A DNA stretch of 64,000 bases from the human T2T-CHM13v2.0 reference genome, Homo sapiens. The notes under the pieces are model-generated. The model did no database searches. It was given only the letters and a program-made list of their open reading frames with translations, and had not been told where the DNA came from. The stretch lies in the NCBI RefSeq assembly GCF_009914755.1, contig NC_060925.1, one strand, 5' to 3'. Below, in pieces: positions 41,175-64,000 of this stretch (its first letter is position 1; every line of letters begins with the position of its first letter). Position numbers and translations under genes: made by a program.

Positions 41175-44100
41175 TGACACATCTCTGAACTGATCAACAA
41201 AGTGATGTAACTCTTGTCTAGGCTCTGCCTACAGGGGCTTTGTGACATATCTCTGCACTGATCACCCAGGTGATGGGGCTCTTGTCTAGGCTCTGCCTAG
41301 GGGGCATTGTGACATATCTCTACACTGATCACCTTGGTGGTGTAACTCTTGTGTTGGATCTGCCTGTGGGGGCACTGTGACATATTTCTGCACTGATCAC
41401 CCAGGTGATGGGACTCTTGTCTAGGCTCTGTGTATGAGGGCTTTGGGTAATGCTTGACTAGGCTCTGCCTACGGGGTATAGTGACATATCACTGCATTGA
41501 TCACCGAGGTAGTGTAATTCTTGTCCAGGCTCTGCCTTTAGGGGGCCTTGTGACATATCTCTGCACTGATCATCTAGGTGATGTAACTCTTGCTTACGCT
41601 CTGCCTGCAGGGGCATTGTGAAATATCTCTGCACTGATCACCCAGGGGATGGGACCCTTCTCTTGGCTCTGCCTACTGGGGGCATTCTCACATATTTCTG
41701 CAATGATCACCCAGGTGACGGACTCTTGTCTTGGATTTGCCTATGGGGGCATTGTGACATATCTCTGCACTGATCACCCACGTGATGTAACTCTTCTCTA
41801 TGCTCTGCCTAAAGGGGCATTGTGACAGATCTCTGCACTGGTCACTCAGGTGATGTAACTATTTTCTAGGCTCTGCTTAAAGGGGCCTTGTCACATATCT
41901 CTGTACTGATCACCCAGGTGATGTAACTCTTGTCTAGGCTCTGCTTACAGGGGGTATCGTGACATATCTCTGCACTGATCACCTTAGTGATGTAACATTT
42001 GTGTAGGTACTGCCTACAGGGGCATTTTGACATATCTCTGCACTGTTACCGAGGTGATGTAACTCTTTTCTAGGCTGTGCGCACAGGGGTATTGAGACAT
42101 ATCTCTGCACTGATCCCGAGGTGATCCAACTCTTGCCTGGTCTCTGCCTACTGGAGACATTGTGACACATCTCTGCACTGATCTCCCACATGCTGTAACT
42201 TTAGTCTGGGCTCTGGCTACACGGCATTGTGACATATCACTGCACTGATCACCCAGGTGATAAAACTCTTGCCTAGGATCTGCGTATAGGGGGCTTGTGA
42301 AATATCTCTGCACTGATCACCCAGGTGATATAACCCTTCTCTAGGATCTGCCTACAGGGTGCTTTGTGACATATCCCTGCAATGATCACCCAGGTGATAT
42401 ACCACTTGTCAAGGCTCTGCCTACAGGGGCATTGCGATGTATCTCTGCACTGATCACCTAGGTCATGGAACTCTTGTCTAGGCTCTGCCTACAGTGGCAT
42501 TGTGACATGTCTCTGCACTGATCACCCAGGTGATGTCACTTTTGTCACAGATATGGCGTCAGGGACATTGTGACATGTCACTGCACTGATCACACAGCTG
42601 ATGTAACTCTTGTTTAGGCTCTGGCTAAGGGGGTTGTGACACATCTCTGCACTGATCACCCAAGTGATGTAACCCTTGTCTAGGCTCTGCCAAAATGGGG
42701 CATTGTGACATAACTCTGCACTAATCACTCAGGTGATGGGACTCTTGTCTAAGCTGCGCCTAAAGGGTAATTGTGACAGATATCTCCACGGATCACCCAG
42801 CTGATGTAACAATTTTCTGGGATTTGTCTACAGGGGGCTTTGTGACATATCTTTGCACTGATCACCCAGAAGATGTAACCCTTGTCTAGGCTCTGCCAAA
42901 ATGGGGCATTGTGACATAACTCTGCACTAATCACTCAGGTGATGGGACTCTTGTCTAAGCTGCGCCTAAAGGGGAATTGTGACAGATATCTCCACGGATC
43001 ACCCAGCTGATGTAACAATTTTCTGGGATTTGTCTACAGGGGGCTTTGTGACATATCTTTGCACTGATCACCCAGGAGATGTAACTCTTGTCTAGGCTCG
43101 GCCTACAGGGGCTTTGTGACATATATTGGCACAGATCACCCCGGTGATGTAACTCTTGTTTAGGCTCTGCCTACAGGGGCTTTGTGACATATCTCTGTAC
43201 TGATCACCCAGGTGATGTGACTCTTGTCTAGGCTCCACCTACCGAAAGTATTGTGACGTATCTCTGCACTGATCACCGAGGTGATGTAACATTTATCTAG
43301 GCTCTGCCTACAGGGGCGTTTTGACATAGCTCTGCACAGTTCACCTAGGTTATGTAACTCTTGTCCACTCTCTGCCTACAGGGGCATTGTGAAATATCTC
43401 TGCACTGATCACCCAGGTGATGGGACTCTTCTCTATACTCTGCATAGAGGGTGATTTGTGACATATTTCTTCACTGATCATGCAGGCGATGGAAGTCTTG
43501 TCTAGGCTCTGTCTATGGGGGCATTCTGTCAACTATCTGCACTGATCACGCAGGTGACGTAACTCTTGTCTAGGCTCTGTCTACAGGGATTTTTGTGACA
43601 TATCACTGCACTGATCATCTAGGTGATGGAAGCCTCGTATGGGCTTTGCCTGCAGAAGTCTTTGTGACATATCTATGCACTGATCTCTGAGGTGATGCAA
43701 CTCTTGTCTAGGCACTGCCTTCTGTGGCTATTGGTACATATCTCTGCACTGATCACCCAGGTGATGGAATCTTGTCTTAGATCTGCCTACATGGACATTG
43801 TGACACATCTCTGAACTGATCAACCAAGTGTTGAAACTCTTGTCTAGGCTCTGCCTACAGGGGCTTTGTGACACATCACTGCATTGATCACACTGGGGAG
43901 GGAACTCCTGTCTACGCTCTGCCTACAGGAGGCTTTATGACTTATACCTGCACTGATAACCTAGGTGATGTAACACTTGTCTAGACTCTGCCTAAACGGG
44001 AATTCTCACATATCTCTGCACTGATCAGCCAGGTGATGTAACTCCTGTCTAGGTTCAGCCTACAGGAGCGTTTTGACATATCTCTGCACTGAACACACAG

Positions 44101-44667
44101 GTGATGTAACCCTTGTCTAAGCTCTGCCTACAGGGGCATTGTGACAGATCTCTCCACTGCTCACCCAGGTGATGTAACAATTGTCTGGGCTTTGCCTAGA
44201 GAGGGCTTTGTGATATACAATTCCACTGATCAAACAGGAGATGTAACCCTTCTCAAGGTTCTCCTTACAGTGGCTTTGTGACATATCTCTGCACTGATCA
44301 CCCCAGGGAGGAAACACTTGTCTACACTCTGCCTACAGGAGGCTTTACGACTAATCCCTGCACTGATCACTAGGTGATGTAACACTTGTCTAGGCTCTCC
44401 CTACATGGGAATTTTCACAAATCTCTATACTGGTCACCTAAGTGATGTAACCCTTGTCTAGGTTCAGCCTACTGGGGATTTCTCATACCTATGCACTGAT
44501 CACCAAAGTGATGTAAATCATTTCCAGGCTTTTTGTACAGGGGACATTGTGATATATCTCTGCACTGATCACCCAAATGATGCAAATCTTCTCTAGGCTC
44601 TGCAGGGAGGGGTCATTGTGACATATTTCTGAACCGATCATCCAGGAGATATAACTATTCTACAGAC
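41175..44667 (-). repeat. Beta satellite array
   Basis: ~68-bp monomers, minus orientation. Confidence 0.95.
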
Positions 44668-45381
44668 TTTGATGAAAGAGCGTCGGAGGGTGTTGGAAGA
44701 GCCTCAGCCGGAATTTCACGGACGGACAAGGGCACAGAGAGGCCAGCTGGCTCCCTTTCACTTCAGCCATGGTGCGCAATAGGCGCAGGTCTAACCAGGA
44801 GGCCGGCAAAGAGAGATAGAAGTCTGCATTCCGCCCCCATGCGCTCCATGGTCGCAGCTGGGAGGCTGCAGGGGCACGGGCGGGCCGGCGTCGGTGGCAC
44901 GGTGGCACAGAGGAGGCGAGCTGCTGGAGGGGTGTCAGGCCTGGACGCTGTGCGGGTCCGGTTTTTCGCTGGATGGTGGTCTCCACCCCGCCCAGGGGAG
45001 GATGCATTTTCCGGATGTGGTTTGTGTGGTTGGGGAGGGTGTTGTCAGGTGGGGTTGGGGTGGTGGAAAGGCATGAGAGCTCCGCCCAGGCTGCTCCCTC
45101 AACCCAGGCGGCTGCCTGCAAACCCACACGTGCGTAGTAGGCGACCCACCCACTGGTACCTGGGCTGGGCCTGGGATCCCCGGGATGCACAGGAAAGAAT
45201 GGCAGTTCTCCGCTGTGTGGAGCCTCTCACCGGGCCTAGACCTAGAAGGCAGGAATCCCAGGCCAGTCAGTCCGGTGGAGGGGGCTGGGGGAAGACACGC
45301 CCCTCCATAACCAGCCAGGTGTTCCCCACGAAAGAGAGGCGACCGCCATGCCCTGTCCCGACCCAGTCCCAAACTCGCGAC

Positions 45382-46826
<1,445 letters not shown>

Positions 46827-47451
46827 TCATGAATGGCGGTGAGCCCTGGGACAGCCTGCCTCACCCCGGAAGGGTCACAGGGCGTCAAGTCTTGTGGCTG
46901 GAGTGTGGTAGTGTGGGGTGGGAGGGCGTGTTGATGGTGGTGGTGGGGCCAGAGAGACGAAGAGGAAGGGGGCGAGGGGGAAGGGGTGAGGGGGGCCCGT
47001 TTCGGGGGCTGGCTCTCCGGACCTCTCCAGGAGCCCTGCGGGAACTGAAAGCCACTCTCTGGACTCCCACGCGTCTTCAGCAGGGAGATAACGGCCTGGG
47101 AGTGTGGAGGGGAGTGTGGAACTGAACCTCTGTGGGAGTCTTGAGTGTTCCAGGCCCTCTCTCCGTGAAGGAGGCAGTGCCTGTGGGTGTCTCCGTTGCC
47201 GGGACAGTCTGACACAGGCATGCGTGTGGCTCTTGTTCATTTCCACGTAGGAGACCAGAGCGAGACCCCAGAGAGAAGATGCCTCCACGGTGTGATGGCC
47301 TGACGATGGATTCCTGTGTGCGGCAACATGTGGAGTCTGCAGTGTGGTCGGTTTGGAAACTGGCAAGGAGAGCGAAGGCACCATGTCGGTCTTCCACCCT
47401 TCCCTGCATGTTTCCCAGTGGCCGCAGAGCTCTGGGAGCAAACAGTCAGCA

Positions 47452-48715
47452 TGACACATCTCTGAACTGATAAACAAAGTGATGTAACTCTTGTCTAGGC
47501 TCTGCCAACAGGGGCTCTGTGACATATCTCTTCACTGATCACCCAGGTGATGGGACTTTTGTGTAGTATCTGCCTATGGGGACATTCTGACACATCTCTA
47601 CACTGATCACCCAGGTGATGGAACTCTTGTGTTGGATCTGCCTATGGGGGCATTGTGACATATTTCTGCACTGATCACCCAGGTGTTGGGACTCTTTTCT
47701 TTGCTCTGTGTATGGGGGCTTTGTGACATAACTCTGCACTGATCACCCAGGTGATGGGACGCTTCACTAGTCTCCGCTTACGGGGTATAGTGACATATCA
47801 CTGCATTGATCACCGAGGTGATATAACTCTTGTCCAGGCTCTAGCTATAGGGGGCCTTGTGACATATCTCTGCAGTGATCATCTAGGGGATGTAACTCTT
47901 GCTTACGCTCTGCCTGCAGGGGCATTGTGAAATACCTCTGCACTTATCACACAGGTGATGGGACCCTTCTCTAGGCTCTGCTTACTGGGGACATTGTCAC
48001 AGATGTCTGCACTGATCACCCAGGTGATGGACTATCGTCTTGGATTTGCCTATGGGGGCATTGTGACATATCTCTGCACTGATCACCCAGGTGATGTAAC
48101 CCTGGTCTAAGCTCTGCCTAATGGGGCATTGTAACAGGTCTCTGCACTGATCACCCAGGTGATGTAACTCTTGTCTAGGCCCTATTTACAGGGTGTATTG
48201 TGACATATCTCTGCACTGATCACCTAAGTTATGTAACACTTGTGTAGGCTCTGCCTACAGGGGCATTTTGACATATCTCTGAACTGTTAACCGAGGTGAT
48301 GTATCTCTTGTCTAGGCTGTGCCCACAGGGAGATTGAGACATTTCTCTGCACTGATCCCGAGGTGATCCAAATCTTGCCTGGTCTCTGCCTACTGTGTAC
48401 ATTGTGACATATCTCTGTACTGATCTCCCAGGTGCTGTAACTTTAGTCTAGGCTCTGGCTACACGGCCTTGTGACATATCACTGCAATGACCACCCAGGT
48501 GATATAATTCTTGTCTAGGCTCTTCCTACAGGGGGATTGTGACATATCTCTGCACTGATTACCCAGGTGATATAACTCTTCTCTAGGATCTTCCTACAAG
48601 GTGCTTTGTGACATATCCCTGCAATGATCACCCAGGTGATATACCACTTGTCATGGCTCTGCCTACAGGGGCATTGCGATGTATCTCTGCACTGATCAGC
48701 TAGGTCATGTAACTC
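47452..48715 (-). repeat. Beta satellite array
   Basis: ~68-bp monomers, minus orientation. Confidence 0.95.
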
Positions 48716-49019
48716 TTTTTTTTTTTTTTTTTAAAAGGAGTCTCGCTCTGTCGCCCAGGCCGGACTGCGGACTGCAGTGGCGCAATCTCGGCTCACTGCA
48801 AGCTCTGCTTCCCGGGTTCACGCCATTCTCCTGCCTCAGCCTCCTGAGTAACTGGGACTACAGGCGCCTGCCACCGCGCCCGGCTAATTTTTTGTATTTT
48901 TAGTAGAGACGGGGTTTCACCTTGTTAGCCAGGATGGTCTCGATCTCCTGACCTCGTGATCCACCCGCCTCGGCCTCCCAAAGTGCTGGGATTACAGGCG
49001 TGAGCCACTGCGCCCGGCC
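48716..49019 (-). mobile_element. Full-length AluYb-lineage (Yb7/Yb8-like) SINE with poly(A) tail and 15-bp TSD
   Basis: Diagnostic 7-bp duplication GCAGTCCGCAGTCC plus GGGTGGATC, AACAAGG, GGGAAG, GATTGCG; TSD ggtcatgtaactctt (48703-48717) / ggtcctgtaactctt (49020-49034). Confidence 0.95.
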
Positions 49020-51435
49020 GGTCCTGTAACTCTTGTCTAGGCTCTGCCTACAGTGGCATTGTGACATATCTCCTCACTGATCACCAAGGTGATGTAACTC
49101 TTTTCTAGGATCTTCCTACAGGGAGCTTTGGAACATATCCCTGCAATGATCACCCAGGTGATGTACCACTTGTCAAGGCTCTGCCTACAGGGATATTGCG
49201 ATGTATCTCTGCACTGATCACCTAGGTCATGTAATTCTTGTCTAGGCTCTGTCTACAGTGGCTTTGTGACATATCTCTGCACTGATCATCCAAGTGATGT
49301 AACTCTTGTCTAGCATCTGACTAAAGGGATTTTGTGACATAACTCTGCACTGATCATCCAGGTGATGGGGCTTTTGTCTAGGCTCTGCCTAAGGGGGAAT
49401 TGTGACATATTTCTGCACTGGTCACCCAGGTGACGGACTCTTGTTCTTGGATCTGCCTATGGGGGCATAGTGACATATCTCTGCAGTGATCACCCAGGTG
49501 ATGTAACTGTTGTATAAGCTCTGCCTACAGGGAAATTGTGAGAGATCTCTCCACTGATTACCCAAATGATGTAACGATAGTCTAGGATTTGCCTACAGGA
49601 GGCTTTGTGACATACGTTTGCACTGATCACCCAGGTGACGTAACTCATCTAAGTTCTGCCTACAGGAGCTTTGTGACATATCTCTGCACTGATCACTTAG
49701 GTGATGTGACAATTTTTGTAAGCACTGCCTACAGGGAATTTTGACAAATCTCTGCACTGATCACCTAGGTGATATAACTCTTGTCTACCCTCTGCCCAAA
49801 GGGGGCATTGTGAAATATCTCTGCACTGATCACCCAGGTGATTCAACTCTTGTCTAGGATCTGCCTACACAGGGTATTGTGAAATATCTCTGCACTGATC
49901 AACCAGGTGGTGTAACTCTTGTCTAGGCTCTGCCTATAGGGGCGTTTTCACATATCCCTGAACTGATGACAAAGGTGATGTAACTTTTGCCTAGGCTTTG
50001 CCTACAGGGGACATTGTGACATATCTCTGCAGTGATCACCCAGGTGATGCAACTCTTCTCTATGTTCTGCCTACAGGGGACATTGTGACATATCTCTGCA
50101 GTGATCACCCAGGTGATGCAACTCTTCTCTATGTTCTGCCTACAGAGGGCATTGTGACATATCTCTGCACTGATCACGCAGGTGATGGAAGTCTTCTCTA
50201 GGCTCTGTCTATGGGTGCATTGTGTCAAATATCTGCACTGATAACCCATTTGATGTAACTCTTGTCTAGGCTCTGTCTACTGGGATTTTTGTGACATATC
50301 ACTGCACTCATCACCTAGGTGATGTAAGCCTTGTATGGGCTTTGCCTACAGAAGGCTTTGTGACATATCTATGCAATGATCTCTGAGGTGATGCAACTCT
50401 TGTCTAGGCACGGCCTACCGGGGACATTGGTACATATCTCTGCACTGATCACCCAGGTGATGGACTCTTGTCTTAGATCTGCCTACATGGACATTATGAC
50501 ACATCTCTGAACTGATCAACCAAGTGATGAAACTCTTGTCTAGGCTCTGCCTACAGGGGTTATGTGACACTTCTCTGCACTGATCGCCCTGGGGAGGGAA
50601 CTCTTGTCTATTCTCTGCCTACAGGAGGCTTTAAGACTTATACTTGCACTGATAACCCAGTTGATGTAACACTTGTCTAGGCTCTGCCTAAACGGGAATT
50701 CTCACATATCTCTGCACTGATCACCCAGGTGATGTAACTCCTGTCTCGGTTCAGCCTACAGGAGCGTTTCGACATATCTCTGCACTGATCACCCAGGTGA
50801 TGTAACCCTTGTCAAAGCTCTGCCTACAGGGGCATTGTGACAGATTACTCCACTGCTCACCCAGCTGATGTAACAATTGTCTGGGCTTTGCTTACAGGGG
50901 GCTTTGCATTATACATTTCCACTGATCAAACAGGTGATGTAACCCGTGTCGAGGTTCTGCTTATAGGGGCTTTGTGACATATCTCTGCACTGATCACCAC
51001 AGGGAGGAAACACTTGTCTACACTCTGCCTACAGGAGGTTTTATGACTTATACCTGCACTGATCACTAGGTGATGTAACACTTGTCTAGGCTCTGTCTAC
51101 ACGGGAATTTTCACATATCTCTACACTGATCACCTAAGTGATATAACCCTTGTCTAAGTTCAGCCTACTGGGGATTTCTGACATACCTGTGCCCTGATCA
51201 CCGAGGTGATGTAAATCATTTTCAGGCTTTTTGTATGGGGGACATTGTGATAAATCTCTGCACTGATCACCCAAATGATGCAAATCTTCTCTAGGCTCCG
51301 CAGGGAGGGGACATTGTGATAAATCTCTGCACTGATCACCCAAATGATGCAAATCTTCTCTAGGCTCCACAGGGAGGGGACATTGTGACATATTTCTGAA
51401 CTGATCATCCAGGAGTTGTAACTATTCTCTAGGCT
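49020..51435 (-). repeat. Beta satellite array
   Basis: ~68-bp monomers, minus orientation. Confidence 0.95.
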
Positions 51436-60154
<8,719 letters not shown>

Positions 60155-63100
60155 TGACAGATCTCTGAACTGATCAACAAACCTATGTAACACTTGTTTA
60201 GGCTCTGCCTACAGGGGCTTTGTGACATATCTCTGCACTGATCACCCAGGTGACGGGACTTTTATCTAGGCTCGGCCTATGGGGGTATTGTGACATATCT
60301 CTACACTAATCCCACAGGTGATGTAACTATTTTGTTGGATATGCCTATGGGGGCATTGTTACATATTGCTGCACTGATCACCCAGGCGATGGGACTCTTG
60401 TCTAGGCTCTGTGTATGGGGGTTTTATGACATATCTCTACACTGATCACCCAGGTGATGTAACGCTTGACTAGGCTCTGCCTATGGGGCATAGTGACATA
60501 TCACTGTATTGATCACTGAGGTGATATAACTCTTGTCCAGGCTCTGCCTATAGGGGGCGTTGTGACATATCTCTGCACAGATCATCTAGGTGATGTAACT
60601 CTTGCTTACACTCTACCTGCAGGGGCATTGTGAAATACCTCTGCACTGATCACCCAGGTGATGGGAATCTTCTCTATGCTCTGCCTACTGGGGGCATTGT
60701 CACATATGTCTGCACTGATCACCCAGGTGACTGACTCTCGTCTGGGATTTGCTTAGGGGGGCATTGTGACATATCACTGCACTGATCACCCAGGTGATGT
60801 AACTCTGGTCTAAGCTCTGCCTAAAGGGGCATTGTGACAGAATTCTGCACTGATCACTTAGGTGATGTAACTATTGTCAAGGCTCTGCTTAAAGGGGCCT
60901 TGTCACATATCTCTGCACTGGTCACCCAGGTGATGTAACTCTTGTCTAGGCTCTGCTTACAGGGGGTATTGTGACATATCTCTGCACTGATCACCTAAGT
61001 GATGTAACACTTGTGTAGGCTCTGCCTACAGGGGCACCTTGACATATCACTGCACTGTTAACCGAGGTGATGTAACTCTTGTCTAGGCTGTGCCCACAGG
61101 GGGATTGAGACATATCTCTGCATTGATCCCGAGGTGATCCAAATCTTCCCTGGTCTCTGCCTAATGGGGACATTGTGATATATCTCTGCACTGATCTCCC
61201 AGGTGTTGTAACTTTAGTCTAGGCTCTTTCTACACGCATTGTGACATATCACTACACTGATCACCCATGTGATATAACTCTTGTCTAGGCTCTGCCTACA
61301 GGGGGCTTGTGACATATCTCTGCACTTGATCACACAGGTGACATAACTCTTCTCTACGATCTGCCTACAGGGTGCTTTGTGACATATCCCTGCAATGATC
61401 ACCCAGGTGGTATAACACTTGTCAAGGCTCTGCCTACAGGGGCATTACGATGTATCTCTGCACTGATCACCTAGGTCATGTAACTCTTGTCTAGGCTCTG
61501 CCTACAGTGGCATTGTGACATATTTCTGCACTGATCACCCAGGTGATGTAACTATTTTCTAGAATCTGCCTAAAGTGATTTTGTGACATAACTCTGCACT
61601 GATCATCCAGGTTTTGAGGCTTTTGTCTAGGCTCTGCCTAAGGGGGCATTGTGACATATTTCTGCACTGAACACCGAGGTGACAGACTCTTGCTTTGGAT
61701 CTGCCTAAGGACGCATTGTGACTTATCTCTGCACTGATCACCCAGGTGATGTAACTGTTCCATAAGCTCTGCCTATGGGGGAATTGTGAGAGATCTCGCC
61801 AGTGATCACCCAAGTGATGTAACTATTGTCTAGGCTTTGCCTACAGGGGGCTTTGTGACATACCTTTGCACTGATCACCCAGGTGATGTAACTTCTCTAA
61901 GTTCTGCCTACAGGAGCTTTGTGACATATCTCTGCACTGATCACTTATGTGATGTAACACTTTTATAAGCACTGCCTACAGGGAATTTTGACAAATCTCT
62001 CCACTGATCACCTAGGTGATATAACTCCTGTCTACCCTCTGCCCAAAGGGGGCATTGAGAAATATCTCTGCACTGATCACCCAGGTAGTTCAACGCCTGA
62101 CTAGGATCTGCCTACAGGGGCATTTTCACATATCCCTGAACTGATGACAAAGGTGATGTAACTCTTGCCTAGACTTTGCCTACAGGGGACATTGTTACAT
62201 ATCTCTGCACTGATCGCTTAGGTGATGCAAAACTTGTCTAGGCTTTGCCTACAGTGGGTTTTATGACATAACTCTTCACTGATAACCCAGGTGATGTAAC
62301 TCTTATCTAGCCTCTGCTTACAGGGGGTATTGTAAGATATCTCTGCACCAATCACCCAGGTTATGTAACTCTTGTCTAGGCTCTGCCTACAGGGGCATTT
62401 TAACATATCACTGCACTGATCACCGAGATGATGTAACTCATGTATAGGCTTCGCCGACAGGGGGCATTGAGACATATCTCTGCAATGATCACCGAGGTGA
62501 TGCAACTCTTGTCTGGCATGTGCTTACAGGGGGCATTGTGACATATCTCTGCTCTGATCACACAGGTGATGTATCTCTTGTCTAGGCTCTGCCTCCTGGA
62601 GACATTGTGACATATCTCCGCCCTGATCACCCAGGTGATGTCACTTTTGTCAAGGATATGATTATAGGGACATTGTGAGATGTTACTGAACTGATCACAC
62701 AACTGATGTAACTATTGTCTAGGCTATGGGTACAGGGGGCTTGTGACACATCTCTGCACTGATCACCCAGGTGATGTAAACCTTGTCTAGGCTCTGCCAA
62801 AGGGGGGCATTGTGACATAACTCTGCACTGATCATCCAGGTGATGGTACACTTTTCTAGGCTCTGCCTACAGGGGCATTGTGACATATCTCTGCAGTGAT
62901 CATGCAGGTGAAGTAACTCTTGTCTATATCTGCCTACTGGCGGCATTGTGGCATATTTCTGCACTGATTACCCAGGTGATGGACTCTTGTCTTGGATCTG
63001 CCTATGGGGGCCTAGTGACATATCTCTGCACTGATCACTCATGTGATGTAACGCTTGTCTAAGCTGCACCTAAAGGGGAATTGTGACTGACATCTCCACT

Positions 63101-64000
63101 GATCACCCAGTTGATGTAACAATTTTCTGTTATTTGTCTACAGGGGGCTTTGTGACATATATTTGCACTAGTCACCAAAAAGATGTAACAACTATTGTCT
63201 AGGCTCGGCCTACAATGGTTTTGTGAAATATTTCTGCACTGATCACCCAGGTGATGTAACTCTTGTTTAGACTCTGCCTACAGGGTCTTTGTGACATATA
63301 TCTATACTGATCACCTAGGTGATGTAACGCTTCTTCAGGCTCCACCTACAGGGGGTATTGTGATGTATCTCTGCACTGATCACCCAGGTGATGTATCTCT
63401 TTTTTAGGCTGTGCCTACAGGGGCTTTGTGATATATATCTATACTGATCACCCAGGTGATGTAACTCTTCTCCAGCCTCGACCTACAGGGGTTATTGTGA
63501 CGTATCTCTGCACTGATCACCCAGGTGATGTAACTCTTGTCTAGGCTCCACCTACAGGGGGTATTGTGACGTATCTCTGCACTGATCACCCAGATGATGT
63601 AACATTTATCTAGGCTCTGCCTACAGGGGCGTTTTGACATAGCTCTGCACAGATCACCTTGGTTATGTAACTCTTTCCCGCTCTCTGCCTACAGGGGACA
63701 TTTTGGAATATCTCTGCACTGATAACCCAGCTGATGGGACTCTTCTCTATACTCTACCTAGAGGGCCATTTGTGACATACCTCTGCACTGATCACGCAGA
63801 TGATGGAAGTCTTGTCTAGGCTCTGTCTATGGGGGCATTGTGTCAAATATCTGCACTGATCACACAGGTGATGTAACTCTTTTCTAGGCTCTGTCTACAG
63901 GGATTTTTGTGACATATCACTGCACTGAACACCTAGGTGATGTTAGCCTTGTATGGGCTTTGCCTACAGAAGGCTTTGTGACATATCTATGCAGTGATCT
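60155..64000 (-). repeat. Beta satellite array
   Basis: ~68-bp monomers, minus orientation, running to the window end. Confidence 0.95.

Noticed and set aside
48679-48903. 74-aa ORF
   Set aside because: Translation of the antisense Alu

Overview
This window is primate, very probably human, heterochromatic DNA rather than prokaryotic sequence. It is a composite array of nine D4Z4-like (3.3-kb family, LSau/DUX4-like) units of about 2.77 kb, embedded in 68-bp beta (Sau3A) satellite. Such arrays are known from acrocentric short arms, Yq and pericentromeres, but the chromosome cannot be identified from sequence alone. Unit 1 is on +, units 2-9 are on -, unit 8 is 5'-truncated and unit 9 is 3'-truncated. 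All nine DUX4-like ORFs are disrupted by lost ATGs, stops (often CpG-type CGA>TGA) or frameshifts. Units 5 and 7 still carry ATG-started ORFs with an intact first homeodomain. Every unit with an intact 3' end finishes in a pLAM/exon-3-like segment, where the site matching the FSHD poly(A) signal ATTAAA reads GTCACA (ordinary satellite) or is deleted. Structural events visible in the sequence are an inversion junction at 5438-5440, a near-identical 10,028-bp higher-order tandem repeat (8818-30301), an AluYb insertion with TSD (48716-49019), an inverted and circularly permuted satellite block (53922-58940), and a 23-bp scar of a deleted unit. Several rearrangement junctions cluster in the same few satellite monomers. 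I see no evidence for a wholly new gene system; the most novel signals are structural and evolutionary, plus two possible truncated DUX proteins. Comparisons with 4q35 DUX4/pLAM and Alu consensus sequences are from memory and need alignment.
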